DNA of 31,720 nucleotides from Escherichia coli (GTDB lineage Bacteria; Pseudomonadota; Gammaproteobacteria; Enterobacterales; Enterobacteriaceae): NCBI RefSeq assembly GCF_003334385.1, contig NZ_QOWN01000053.1; one strand, 5' to 3'. Shown piece by piece: positions 17,962 to 25,981 of this stretch (position 1 is its first letter; each line of letters starts with the position of its first letter). The notes under the pieces were generated by a model. It saw only the letters and a program-made list of their open reading frames with translations, ran no database searches and was not told where the DNA came from. The position numbers and the translations under genes were made by a program.

Positions 17962-18320
17962 ATGTTCTCCAGTTCGGTGATTTTTATCCCCACTCTACCG
18001 CCAAGCACTTTCACGCCGCGAATTACGCGAATGTCATCGAATTGCACGTCGTCTTCCGCAAATCCGGCGTGGATAAGAGAGTCGAGTAAACCTTTCAGGA
18101 TGTTATCGAGGTCGCGACGGCGGGAATCTGGTGGTTCAGCAATAATTGTGATGCGAAGTCGTGATTTAGTGAAAATGTCTAATCTGAGTTGCCGGATGAT
18201 TTGCTGTACGTCTTTTCGGTATTTCTGGCCTTTATCGCTGATGTAGTACTGGCTTCCCCGTCTTCGCCAGTAGGTATTCACCGTCGGCGGCCAGGGAAGC
18301 ACAAACTCATATTCATTCAT
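17958..18320 (-). CDS. rusA: RusA Holliday-junction resolvase
   Basis: LPWPP...N..Y and RRRDLDN motifs characteristic of the RusA family; 120 aa. Confidence 0.85.
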   Translation of the reverse strand: MNEYEFVLPWPPTVNTYWRRRGSQYYISDKGQKYRKDVQQIIRQLRLDIFTKSRLRITIIAEPPDSRRRDLDNILKGLLDSLIHAGFAEDDVQFDDIRVIRGVKVLGGRVGIKITELENI

Positions 18321-18610
18321 GACTTAATCTTCCCCTCCTTCAGCAATATCGCCAGCGTCCTGATCACGCCTTCCAGGTGGTAAAGTCTGGCGTCGTTGTT
18401 GTCGAGAATGCGAGTACGGCGATCGATTTCATTATGGCAGTCACTACAGGCCCATGCAGCCAACAGATCATCTGGCTTTGTTCCCGTTCCGCAAATTCCA
18501 GCCATTCGGTAATGCGCCAGAACTGTAGTTTCAGGGTTGCCATTGCATACGCCATAAATCCGTACCTGGCATTCTCTGCCGCGCGCTTCTTTGCGTAGGT
18601 TTGTCATCAT
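18317..18610 (-). CDS. Cys-rich nin-region protein (DUF1364-like, about 97 aa)
   Basis: ORF trimmed to the ATG-ATG at 18610 (GAGGAA SD 5 nt upstream); putative zinc-binding CxxC...CxxC pattern. Confidence 0.5.
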   Translation of the reverse strand: MMTNLRKEARGRECQVRIYGVCNGNPETTVLAHYRMAGICGTGTKPDDLLAAWACSDCHNEIDRRTRILDNNDARLYHLEGVIRTLAILLKEGKIKS

Positions 18611-18630
18611 CTTATTCCTCATGCAGTAGG

Positions 18631-18822
18631 CTATCCGGAGTGACAATTAAATCTTGCTCGACGCCTTAGCCACCGGATATCCCACAGGTGAGCCGTATAG
18701 TTGAAGGTTTTAACATCAGATTCTTTGGGGACTGGCCTGGGTTTATTTCGGGAGCGTTTGGTTGGAAGGTAATTGCAGTTTTCACAGACGATATCGGTGA
18801 TGCTTCGTCGCTGTCGTCTCAT
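18631..18822 (-). CDS. ninE: NinE
   Basis: [56 protein letters not shown] is near-identical to lambda NinE as recalled. Confidence 0.85.
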   Translation of the reverse strand: MRRQRRSITDIVCENCNYLPTKRSRNKPRPVPKESDVKTFNYTAHLWDIRWLRRRARFNCHSG

Positions 18823-19229
18823 TCGTACCTCCTGTCGGTAAATCTGACACCCTGATCCACGGCCCAGGATGTTGTGTACTCAATCAGGCTTGCCATACGC
18901 TTCACGCTCATTTGCGCACTGCTTTCGCGGATATTGACGTATTCACCTTCAAGACCTGGCAAAACATCAGCTTCCTGTTTTGTCGCCACGGCATGACCGC
19001 TGATTAACAAAACTTTCCACTGTTCTGGTTTTAGCCACCTGCCGCACCACTTAACCTGGCGGGATATATCAGCGACCATCGCGTGAAATTTTGCATTTTG
19101 AGCGAGATTACGCTTGTAATCGGTGATACGGATCGTAACGGGTTTGTCTTTATCGAGAGTTGTTGCAAGGATGGCGTTAATGGCGAATTGTTGCTGCTGC
19201 TTACTTCGGAGGAAGATAGTCTGGTTCAT
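18819..19229 (-). CDS. ninB: NinB (Orf-family recombination mediator)
   Basis: Length and motifs ([24 protein letters not shown]) parallel lambda NinB; directly upstream of ninE with an ATGA overlap. Confidence 0.8.
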   Translation of the reverse strand: MNQTIFLRSKQQQQFAINAILATTLDKDKPVTIRITDYKRNLAQNAKFHAMVADISRQVKWCGRWLKPEQWKVLLISGHAVATKQEADVLPGLEGEYVNIRESSAQMSVKRMASLIEYTTSWAVDQGVRFTDRRYE

Positions 19230-19283
19230 TATTCCCTCTCACTGGATTTTCCCAACAAAAAAGGAGCCGAAGCTCCTTTAGTT

Positions 19284-19955
19284 TCAGAATTCAAATTGTC
19301 TTGCCCGCAGGCTTTTCAGCATTGGCATGGCCCGCTGGATAACGGAACTTGACATGTCGAGACGTGTTACCTCCCTTAGTAGCGCGTCTCTGTTCTTCGT
19401 CACCATGTAGATAGTCTCAAACGCAATGTCATACAGCTTGTTCGTGTATGAGGAGTTCAGCTCTTTCATTATGGGGTACAGCTGCTTGCTAAGGTCCTGG
19501 GCTTTTTCCATCCAGAGTTGCATGTAGCAAAGGAGGATGATTTCCTCGGCTGTGAATTGTGGCTGAATCTGCGACTGCTGTTCGGTTTGTGTTGTTTTTC
19601 CCTGGCTGAAATAGCAGTCTTCCAGTTTTTCGAACACTTCCCACGCCCGATCGGTTTCGAGCATTTTTGCATGACGGGCTGCGCCGCGTTCTGTCCATAG
19701 GATGAGGGAGCGAACGTTACGGGCAATTTTCACAGAGTAGTTAAAAGCTACTCTGTGCTTGAACTCACGTAAAGTTTCACCTTCAAGTTTGAAGAAGTGT
19801 TTTTCCTCAATGAAACGACCTTTGTTTTCGTGGTGATTCTGGCGAATACGAATAGCTTCTGTGCCGTAAAGGTGCGCCAAAAGTTCGGTAGTGATAACGG
19901 GGATCTGCTTGTAAGTAATCGTGGAGAGTGTTTCAACAGAAACTTGAGTTGTCAT
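19284..19955 (-). CDS. Roi/antirepressor-like protein (BRO/ORF6N-type N-terminal domain, 223 aa)
   Basis: N-terminal ...ITYKQIPVITTELLAHLYGTEAIRIRQNHHENKGRFIEEKHFFKL... resembles ORF6N/KilA-N-type antirepressor domains; nin-region position. Confidence 0.5.
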   Translation of the reverse strand: MTTQVSVETLSTITYKQIPVITTELLAHLYGTEAIRIRQNHHENKGRFIEEKHFFKLEGETLREFKHRVAFNYSVKIARNVRSLILWTERGAARHAKMLETDRAWEVFEKLEDCYFSQGKTTQTEQQSQIQPQFTAEEIILLCYMQLWMEKAQDLSKQLYPIMKELNSSYTNKLYDIAFETIYMVTKNRDALLREVTRLDMSSSVIQRAMPMLKSLRARQFEF

Positions 19956-20116
19956 AATGACGCCCTCGAGTGGTTTCTAAACTATCACCACCGTCAGGTT
20001 CCTAATCATCGGGTGGCGAGACGTACAGGGTTAGGAACTACCGGGAAACCAACCGGCGAGCTTTTCAGCTCCCCTATACGCCCCACCATAATTCAGATGT
20101 GCGTGTGCATACGACA

Positions 20117-20140
20117 ATAAAAAACACGCTCGCGGCGTGT
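20117..20140 (-). terminator. Minus-strand intrinsic terminator upstream of roi
   Basis: ACACGC-tcgcg-GCGTGT hairpin with an adjacent A-run on the plus strand (U-run on minus). Confidence 0.45.
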
Positions 20141-20220
20141 CTCTGTCGCGGTTTCTATCCGGGGTTCCTAATCCCGACGCCAGATTTTGCTGGCGTGCGA
20201 AGAATATAATCCCGGATATG

Positions 20221-20251
20221 TGTTGTCGTCAACATACCTTGAATGTATATA
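20221..20251 (+). promoter_or_regulatory. Putative toxin-antitoxin promoter with palindromic operator
   Basis: TGTTG-tcgt-CAACA palindrome overlapping a TTGTCG -35; TATATA -10 at 20246-20251, 17-bp spacer. Confidence 0.35.
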
Positions 20252-20262
20252 ACAAATTTGTT

Positions 20263-20604
20263 ATGTTTACTCTCATGAACTACATTATCGAATACTACAG
20301 TGACGAGGTTGAAGCTGAGATCCTTTCTCTTCCTGAGACCTTACAAGCCCGGTACATTCGGTACACGGAGAAAATGCGTATTTACGGAGCTAATCTTGGT
20401 TCCCCGCATACAGAGGCATTTGGCGACGGTTTGTTTGAAATCCGCCTTAAGGGCTCGGAAGGCATAGGGCGTGTTTTTTACTGCACGCTAAAAGGAAAGC
20501 GAATCATTATGTTGCATAGCTTTGTAAAGAAAACGCAAAAAACTCCACCTGCCGAGCTTAGAAAAGCTGAAACCAGAATGAAGGAGGTTAAGCATGACTG
20601 GTAA
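20263..20604 (+). CDS. Type II toxin, RelE/ParE-superfamily (Gp49/HigB-like, about 113 aa)
   Basis: C-terminal ...RVFYCTLKGKRIIMLHSFVKKTQKTPPAELRKAETRMKEV matches the conserved C-terminal block of Gp49-like toxins; overlaps the downstream HTH gene by 11 bp. Confidence 0.65.
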   Translation: MFTLMNYIIEYYSDEVEAEILSLPETLQARYIRYTEKMRIYGANLGSPHTEAFGDGLFEIRLKGSEGIGRVFYCTLKGKRIIMLHSFVKKTQKTPPAELRKAETRMKEVKHDW

Positions 20605-20902
20605 ACGTACCCCACCTACCATGACACACGATGAAATGGTAGAAAAAATGTTGTCTAACCCCGCAGTAAAAGCAGAATACGACGCCATCGCCGATGAATT
20701 CGCACTACTTGATGAAATGCTGGCAGCACGAAAAGAAGCTGGCTTAACCCAGGCTGAAGTTGCTGAACGTATGGGAACAAAAGCGACTGCGATAACCAGA
20801 ATGGAAAGCAATCTTGCATCAGGTACAAGCGGCCCATCATTTGCCACACTGAAAAAATTCGCCCGTGCTACAGGGAAAAAACTCCAGATCCGCTTCGTTT
20901 AA
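20594..20902 (+). CDS. XRE-family HTH antitoxin (HigA-like, 102 aa)
   Basis: HTH signature LTQAEVAERMGTKATAITRMES; AAGGAGG SD; toxin-first, antitoxin-second order. Confidence 0.7.
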   Translation: MTGKRTPPTMTHDEMVEKMLSNPAVKAEYDAIADEFALLDEMLAARKEAGLTQAEVAERMGTKATAITRMESNLASGTSGPSFATLKKFARATGKKLQIRFV

Positions 20903-20912
20903 CTCTCCACTA

Positions 20913-20938
20913 CCGCGCCGTCATTCTGGCGGCGCTTT
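20913..20938 (+). terminator. Weak intrinsic terminator after the antitoxin gene
   Basis: GCGCCG-tcattctgg-CGGCGC followed by TTT. Confidence 0.35.
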
Positions 20939-20956
20939 ACCCCAGAGAAATATCAA

Positions 20957-21202
20957 TCACCGGATTACCACATCCCACTCCGGCTCCTGCCATCTCAAAT
21001 CCGGTGAATCATTTCTCTCAGGAATAACCATTACGTCCTTTTCCCTTCGCTCCCTTTCTATCGCCATCACAGCCAATGCTGCAACCATGATGTATTTTTG
21101 TTCGTCGGTTCCTGTTTCATAACGACGCATGAGGGTAAACTCGGGGCGATCAGTAACCTCAATGATTTCGTTAATTTCTTTAATTTCGCGAGGAATATCC
21201 AT
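20957..21202 (-). CDS. Acidic small protein, function unknown (81 aa)
   Basis: MDIPREIKEINEIIEVTDRPEFTLMRRYETGTDEQKYIMVAALAVMAIERERREK... with AAGGAG SD 9 nt upstream; its ATG overlaps the ATG of the divergent gene at a CCATGG site. Confidence 0.4.
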   Translation of the reverse strand: MDIPREIKEINEIIEVTDRPEFTLMRRYETGTDEQKYIMVAALAVMAIERERREKDVMVIPERNDSPDLRWQEPEWDVVIR

Positions 21203-21875
21203 GGGTTTAGTCTCCTTTGATATCACATGCCCGCACTGTTTAAAAGAGCGAGCTGTTATTGAGGCATTTGCCGAAAAACAAATTGAAAAAACACCTTTTT
21301 TTAACGTCGCTTTTGTATGCAGAAGTTGTCATCGAGGAGGTGTTGCTATTGTTGAAATCCCATCAGACCACTATCACGGTCCCATGGCGGAAAGCCAGAA
21401 AAAAGACCTCGATATTCTGATTTCAGGAAATAGCCAGTACCGTTTCCGCAAGATCTATCCTGTGGTCAAAAAAATTACCGCACCAGAATATACGCCCCCG
21501 GTTGCAGACCGTACTTTTGTTGAGGCAAAAGAGGATTTACAGAGGAGGCGGTACGACACAGTGGTTATTCTTTGTCGCAGAGTCCTCGATATCTCCACGA
21601 AAAAACTGCTCGGCGATGAAGCAGGAAAAGAATCGCTGTCGCAACGTATTCAGATGATTTACAAAAAAGGCCTGATCACTGAACAGATGAAGGAATGGGC
21701 TCATATTGTACGAATTGATGCCAATAAAGCAGTTCATACAGATGAAGTTTTCACACCAATTGAGGCAAGCCAGATCCTGAGTTTTACCGAAATGTTTTTA
21801 GTCTACGCCTTCACTCTGCCTGCAATGGTGGAAGCCAGACGTGAACAAAAAAGATCAGATTCAGCCTCTATATGA
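21201..21875 (+). CDS. Zinc-ribbon plus DUF4145-like (possibly HEPN-like) protein, 224 aa; candidate single-gene defence/abortive-infection cargo
   Basis: N-terminal CPHC-x20-CRSC zinc-ribbon pattern; C-terminal ...EQMKEWAHIVRIDANKAVHTDEVFTPIEASQILSFTEMFLVYAF resembles the R-x3-N-x3-H core of DUF4145 as recalled. Opposite strand to flanking phage genes; own SD. Confidence 0.55.
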   Translation: MGLVSFDITCPHCLKERAVIEAFAEKQIEKTPFFNVAFVCRSCHRGGVAIVEIPSDHYHGPMAESQKKDLDILISGNSQYRFRKIYPVVKKITAPEYTPPVADRTFVEAKEDLQRRRYDTVVILCRRVLDISTKKLLGDEAGKESLSQRIQMIYKKGLITEQMKEWAHIVRIDANKAVHTDEVFTPIEASQILSFTEMFLVYAFTLPAMVEARREQKRSDSASI

Positions 21876-21907
21876 ATCACTTTTCTGAACACGTAAGCCC
21901 CCGTCAT

Positions 21908-22339
21908 TCACGACGGGGAGAACATCAATCCCTCTGCACTCCCTCGCCAGAATGCCAGCACACGCTGCATCGTTTCGCTGTTACGGCACTCGCGACAAAT
22001 TGTGTTGTAGCGTCTGTCGTAGCGCCGTATTTCCCCATCTGGTAATGCCCGGATAAGGTCTGGATCAACGACAACCGGTTTCTTCGACTTTGCCCTTGAG
22101 AGTTTTTTGCGGGCATTTTGCCAGTCCTTACGAGCCTGTTCAGACGGGAATACTCCGTAACCGGAATTGTAAACATCACCACTGGCGGCCAGCTCCATGC
22201 ATAAACGACCGACAGACGCATGACTGACACCAATTTCATCCGATAACTGCCGAATCGTGCCTCGTCCGTTAAGGCGTACGAATTCCACGATCAGCCCCTT
22301 AATTTTTTCCCGCTCTTCTGGTGTAAATGCTCTTGTCAT
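21908..22339 (-). CDS. Replication-module protein, function unknown (about 143 aa)
   Basis: ORF trimmed to the ATG with GGAGGTG SD; N-terminal HTH-like region; C-terminal CxxC. Confidence 0.45.
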   Translation of the reverse strand: MTRAFTPEEREKIKGLIVEFVRLNGRGTIRQLSDEIGVSHASVGRLCMELAASGDVYNSGYGVFPSEQARKDWQNARKKLSRAKSKKPVVVDPDLIRALPDGEIRRYDRRYNTICRECRNSETMQRVLAFWRGSAEGLMFSPS

Positions 22340-22354
22340 AAGCACCTCCGGAGA

Positions 22355-23125
22355 TCACTTTGTTGTCGGTGAATGAACCGGAATATCAGCAATCGAACTG
22401 AAAATATCCCGGTGTTTATTCAGCTCCCGCAGCGCGGCGCAGACTCGCTCCCACTTCTGAACATCACTTTTCGCCCTGCGCAGCGCCAGGTTTGCCCTGC
22501 GCAGGGACGGAAAAATCAGCTCATCTGCTTGCGTTTCGGTAAACGATGGCAACGACTGCACAATGTCCGCCACAGTTTCTGTTTTAATTTCTTCCTGTGT
22601 TGCGGCTTCCCGGACTGGTAACGCAGCACCTGCTGGCTGAGGAAAGGCCTTACCATCACTTTCCGTTACCAGCGCGGCTTTCGGCTCTGCTGGTAAATTA
22701 TCGCCCGGCATGCAGTAACGAAATTTACCGTTCTGATTAACGCGTGCCAGCCGCCCCGTTGCGGTTACCACCGCCAGCGTGGAAGCAACCTTGCGAGTGG
22801 TAACTCCGAACTTACCCGCTATTTCTTCACAGGTTTTAGCCCCCTCCTGAGAGATAAACTCAATCATCATGTCAGCGCTAACTTTTGGAGCGACCTCTTC
22901 GGTCAGCATATCCTGTGTTTCAGATTTTACTGGCCGCTCTTCGGTTACCCCGGCTTCACCTTCGACAGCCAGAAACCAGGTGTGACCCGTTTTATCAACA
23001 ACGCCATTTTTTTTGAGCTCCCACAGTTCGTTGAGAACTTCTTCACGGCTGATATCAAGCCGCGCCGCCAGTTCAACAGAATTGGCTTTTCCCATCGCTT
23101 TCAGTGCATGCAATACGGTTTCCAT
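22355..23125 (-). CDS. Winged-helix DNA-binding protein of the replication module (256 aa)
   Basis: Two wHTH-like segments ([30 protein letters not shown] and [34 protein letters not shown]). Confidence 0.45.
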   Translation of the reverse strand: METVLHALKAMGKANSVELAARLDISREEVLNELWELKKNGVVDKTGHTWFLAVEGEAGVTEERPVKSETQDMLTEEVAPKVSADMMIEFISQEGAKTCEEIAGKFGVTTRKVASTLAVVTATGRLARVNQNGKFRYCMPGDNLPAEPKAALVTESDGKAFPQPAGAALPVREAATQEEIKTETVADIVQSLPSFTETQADELIFPSLRRANLALRRAKSDVQKWERVCAALRELNKHRDIFSSIADIPVHSPTTK

Positions 23126-23150
23126 CGAAAATTTACCTCGTCAAAAATTC

Positions 23151-23891
23151 TCACATACCCTGACGTCCAACGTTTGACCGCCAGCTCTCCCAGTTAAAAT
23201 TCACCCAACGACCACCGTTCATGGTCATCCGGTCCATAATCCTCTCACCAAGAAGCGTGCTCATTGCGGCATGATTCAGGTTTGTCAGCATCCCGACACT
23301 GCGCAGTGATGCCGTCCGGCGGTCAACAATCTGGTGCAGTACCACCTGCTCGTTTTTCGTCTCACGCTGGATGCCAATTTCGTCAAGAACCAGGAGGTCC
23401 ACTTCGCACAGTTCACGCAAAAATTTTTCCCCTGACAGTCCGTCGTCATAGCTGGCATGTAACGCGCTCATCACATCCGCCACGGTGACCACTATCACGG
23501 ATTTACCGGCCTTCAGCAGACGATTACCCACAACCGCCGCCAGATGATTTTTTCCGGTTCCCGGATTCCCGCTGAACACGAAGTTTGTATAACCGGTCAT
23601 TAATTCATCGACAATGGATTTCGCCTGGCTCAGAGCATGGCGCTGACCGTCGTTCTGCACCCGGTAGTTCCCGAATGAGCACTTCCTGTGAAGCGGCTGG
23701 ATGCCCGAACGATTCAGGATTTTTTCAACCCGCGTCTGGTGATTCTGGCGGTTAACTTCCTCGCTGCGCTTCCGGCCCTCAGCCAGTTGCCATTCCCGCC
23801 ATTCGTCGGTCGTCCGGAACGGTGCTACCACGTGCGGTGGTGCCAGACGGCGCACCCGTTCAAGAATCCCTCCTGTCGAAATGTTTTTCAT
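23151..23891 (-). CDS. DnaC-like helicase loader (AAA+ ATPase, lambda P analogue)
   Basis: Walker A GNPGTGKNHLAAVVG and Walker B LLVLDEIG, IstB/DnaC architecture; immediately downstream of the initiator gene. Confidence 0.8.
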   Translation of the reverse strand: MKNISTGGILERVRRLAPPHVVAPFRTTDEWREWQLAEGRKRSEEVNRQNHQTRVEKILNRSGIQPLHRKCSFGNYRVQNDGQRHALSQAKSIVDELMTGYTNFVFSGNPGTGKNHLAAVVGNRLLKAGKSVIVVTVADVMSALHASYDDGLSGEKFLRELCEVDLLVLDEIGIQRETKNEQVVLHQIVDRRTASLRSVGMLTNLNHAAMSTLLGERIMDRMTMNGGRWVNFNWESWRSNVGRQGM

Positions 23892-23897
23892 GGCTGA

Positions 23898-24980
23898 TTA
23901 CCCCCTGAAACCCGGCGGAATTTCGGTGTCCGGTTCAGAAATGTGATTCACGCAACGCAGGCTGACTGCGCCAGCCTTCGGCAGCGACCACGGATTTTCG
24001 AAATTCCTGTTCGGGCCAAAAAACGTCGATGCCTGCTGAACAAATTCAGTTCCCGCTTTCCCGGTAGCCTCCAGGTATCTTGCGTAACGCCTCACGCCAT
24101 CCAGCACGACATCCGGTGACACCCCTTCGCGTAATCTGGCCCTCCAGGCATTGAACGCGGATTTCTTCGGGTTTGACCCTGCCCGATGCGGATATTCACG
24201 CCAGACCCGTTCGAACACGTCAGGATAATCAACTCGTCCCGCAGACGGTCCCGGCATCGCCCGGGTTAACCCAATCGGCTTCCCGCTCATCGCGGAATCG
24301 GCTTCAGGCTGCTGCGGTTGGCGTTGTTGCTCCGGTTCGACGATCAGCACCTGCTGCACACAACGCCCGGAATCTGCTTCCGGTGTCGTGCCATCTGGTC
24401 CTGGACGTTCAGTCAGAACAGGACAAAAATCCCCCTGTGGGTCCGTGGCGATTTTTTCGCCATGGACCAGAAGGGTTTTATCCCTTTCCTGTTCCTGTTC
24501 CTGTTCCTGTTCTTGGCTTGAAAGGGGCTCTGAAGGGGCTTCAATTTTCCGACATGATTCACGTCTGACATCCAGGTGGAAATCATCCTTATATCTATCA
24601 TAAAAGGATGATAAAAAAGGATTTTCCAGCAACACGGAATATTCATTTCTTACCCCAGCACAACGGTTATCGCCAGGTTTCAGCGATTCACCAACCTGCC
24701 ATGCTGCCATTTCATGCACCCATACAACCTCAGAATCATGGTCATAGCTGCAAAAACCAGCCTCGCAAGCCATTTGAAGCCCCTTAGAAGCCCCTTCAGG
24801 ATCAAGTCCGGTTTCGTGAGCAATGTACAAAACAGGCAGGTAATAAAGGCCCAGCATATTGGAATGAGGCGAGGTCATCATATACAACGCCACTACCATA
24901 CATTCCGGACCAGACTTCCTTAGTTTTCGCCCTGTATCGCCTAACCAGAACTGAGGTGAAATTGTTGCGTAATTACGCAT
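23898..24980 (-). CDS. Replication initiator (lambda O analogue, 360 aa) with internal repeat tracts
   Basis: Position between cII and the DnaC-like gene; internal (TTCCTG)n tract encoding (EQ)n; a 98-bp segment has repeated copies just upstream of the gene. Confidence 0.6.
   Translation of the reverse strand: MRNYATISPQFWLGDTGRKLRKSGPECMVVALYMMTSPHSNMLGLYYLPVLYIAHETGLDPEGASKGLQMACEAGFCSYDHDSEVVWVHEMAAWQVGESLKPGDNRCAGVRNEYSVLLENPFLSSFYDRYKDDFHLDVRRESCRKIEAPSEPLSSQEQEQEQEQERDKTLLVHGEKIATDPQGDFCPVLTERPGPDGTTPEADSGRCVQQVLIVEPEQQRQPQQPEADSAMSGKPIGLTRAMPGPSAGRVDYPDVFERVWREYPHRAGSNPKKSAFNAWRARLREGVSPDVVLDGVRRYARYLEATGKAGTEFVQQASTFFGPNRNFENPWSLPKAGAVSLRCVNHISEPDTEIPPGFRG
24487..24513. repeat. Hexanucleotide tandem repeat (TTCCTG) x4.5 inside the initiator gene
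   Basis: ttcctgttcctgttcctgttcctgttc, coding EQEQEQEQE on the minus strand. Confidence 0.8.
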
Positions 24981-25010
24981 AGTCCCCTCGCATACAAGAT
25001 TTACTCCATA

Positions 25011-25162
25011 CCGCAGACGGTCCCGGTATCTCCCGGGTTAACCCAATCGGCTTCAGGCTGCTGCGGTTGGTGTGACTGCACATTGGTGTGACTGCACATC
25101 TTCACAGACGGTCCCGGTATCTCCGGGTTAACCCAATCGGCTTCAGGCTGCTGCGGTTGGTG
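25011..25162. repeat. Two tandem direct copies (about 60 bp, period about 92 bp) of an internal initiator-gene segment, just upstream of its start
   Basis: ACAGACGGTCCCGGTATCTCCCGGGTTAACCCAATCGGCTTCAGGCTGCTGCGGTTGGTG at 25011-25071 and 25103-25162 matches 24239-24336 inside the gene; GGTGTGACTGCACA duplicated between the copies. Confidence 0.8.
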
Positions 25163-25233
25163 TTGTTGCTGGCGAAATTCTTCCAGATGTGGCAGAATTA
25201 TTCCCGTGTATTGCTCCATGCCCTGCCTGAATA

Positions 25234-25530
25234 TCAGATATTCATCAGGATTTGCTCAGAACGTCCGGCCCCAACCGGACGTTTTTTATTTGCATGAACG
25301 TTAATGGCATGCTGGAAAGCCCGGCTGATCGGACTGATATCAGATGCCATCTGAAACGCGCATAAAATCGCCGCGATGTATCGCCAGTCGGTACGACTGA
25401 CCTTCGATTCATGGCAGCCAATCATCTTCGCCAGTCCCCTTTGCGTCAGAGCTGACAGGTTGATAAGTAAATCCGTTTCAGCGCGATCGATATCGCGCTG
25501 TGACAGTTTGCTGTAACTTGTTTGTGACAT
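25234..25530 (-). CDS. cII: CII-like transcriptional activator
   Basis: C-terminal ...NKKRPVGAGRSEQILMNI parallels lambda CII ...NKKRPAATERSEQIQMEF as recalled; 98 aa; downstream of cro and nutR. Confidence 0.75.
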   Translation of the reverse strand: MSQTSYSKLSQRDIDRAETDLLINLSALTQRGLAKMIGCHESKVSRTDWRYIAAILCAFQMASDISPISRAFQHAINVHANKKRPVGAGRSEQILMNI

Positions 25531-25598
25531 TTGTTAATTTTCCTATATTGATATGGGGTTAAGCGGCAATCCCCAATGGGTTTGCCACTGATGTTTGC

Positions 25599-25639
25599 TC
25601 ACCCTGTTAGAGGTGAACGACCAGCAATGTTAAAGAGCG
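25599..25639 (-). promoter_or_regulatory. nutR: boxA (GCTCTTTAACA) plus boxB hairpin
   Basis: Minus strand reads CGCTCTTTAACA (boxA) then TCACC-tctaacag-GGTGA hairpin; boxA is identical to the nutL copy. Confidence 0.65.
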
Positions 25640-25646
25640 GTGTTAC

Positions 25647-25871
25647 TTATTCAGCCTGGTTCGGATGAGGAAACAGGTGCGGTAAGTCCGGGCGAATTTC
25701 GTAAGCCTTAACCTGACCATTGGTGGCATTAACGATAGCGAAAACTTTTTCAGGAGAAACTTTTCCGCCTCGCAACCATTTATGAACAGCGGGCTGTGAT
25801 ACGCCGCAATCAGCTGCAAGTCGTTTTTGACTGCCAACAATATTCAAGGCTCGCTGAATCACTAAATTCAT
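25647..25871 (-). CDS. cro: Cro-like repressor (about 74 aa from internal ATG)
   Basis: HTH KRLAADCGVSQPAVHKWL; first gene divergent from cI across the operator region; GAGGT SD. Confidence 0.65.
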   Translation of the reverse strand: MNLVIQRALNIVGSQKRLAADCGVSQPAVHKWLRGGKVSPEKVFAIVNATNGQVKAYEIRPDLPHLFPHPNQAE

Positions 25872-25907
25872 GAGCATACCTCTACAGCAAATAAAGCATA
25901 GCCAAAA

Positions 25908-25970
25908 ATAACATGAGTTATACACCAGGGCAATAACAATTGTTGTTTTACTTTTGATAACCGTGGTTAT
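25908..25970. promoter_or_regulatory. OR operator region: three ATAAC-N4-GTTAT-type palindromes between cro and cI
   Basis: ATAACATGAGTTAT (25908-25921), ATAACAATTGTTGT (25934-25947), ATAACCGTGGTTAT (25957-25970), spaced about 23-26 bp. Confidence 0.7.
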
Positions 25971-25981
25971 AGATTACAGGT

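Noticed and set aside
24318-24646. Short ORFs on both strands over the (TTCCTG)n tract
   Set aside because: They are alternative-frame translations of the hexanucleotide repeat inside the initiator gene (reading FLFLFL, SCSCSC, NRNRNR).
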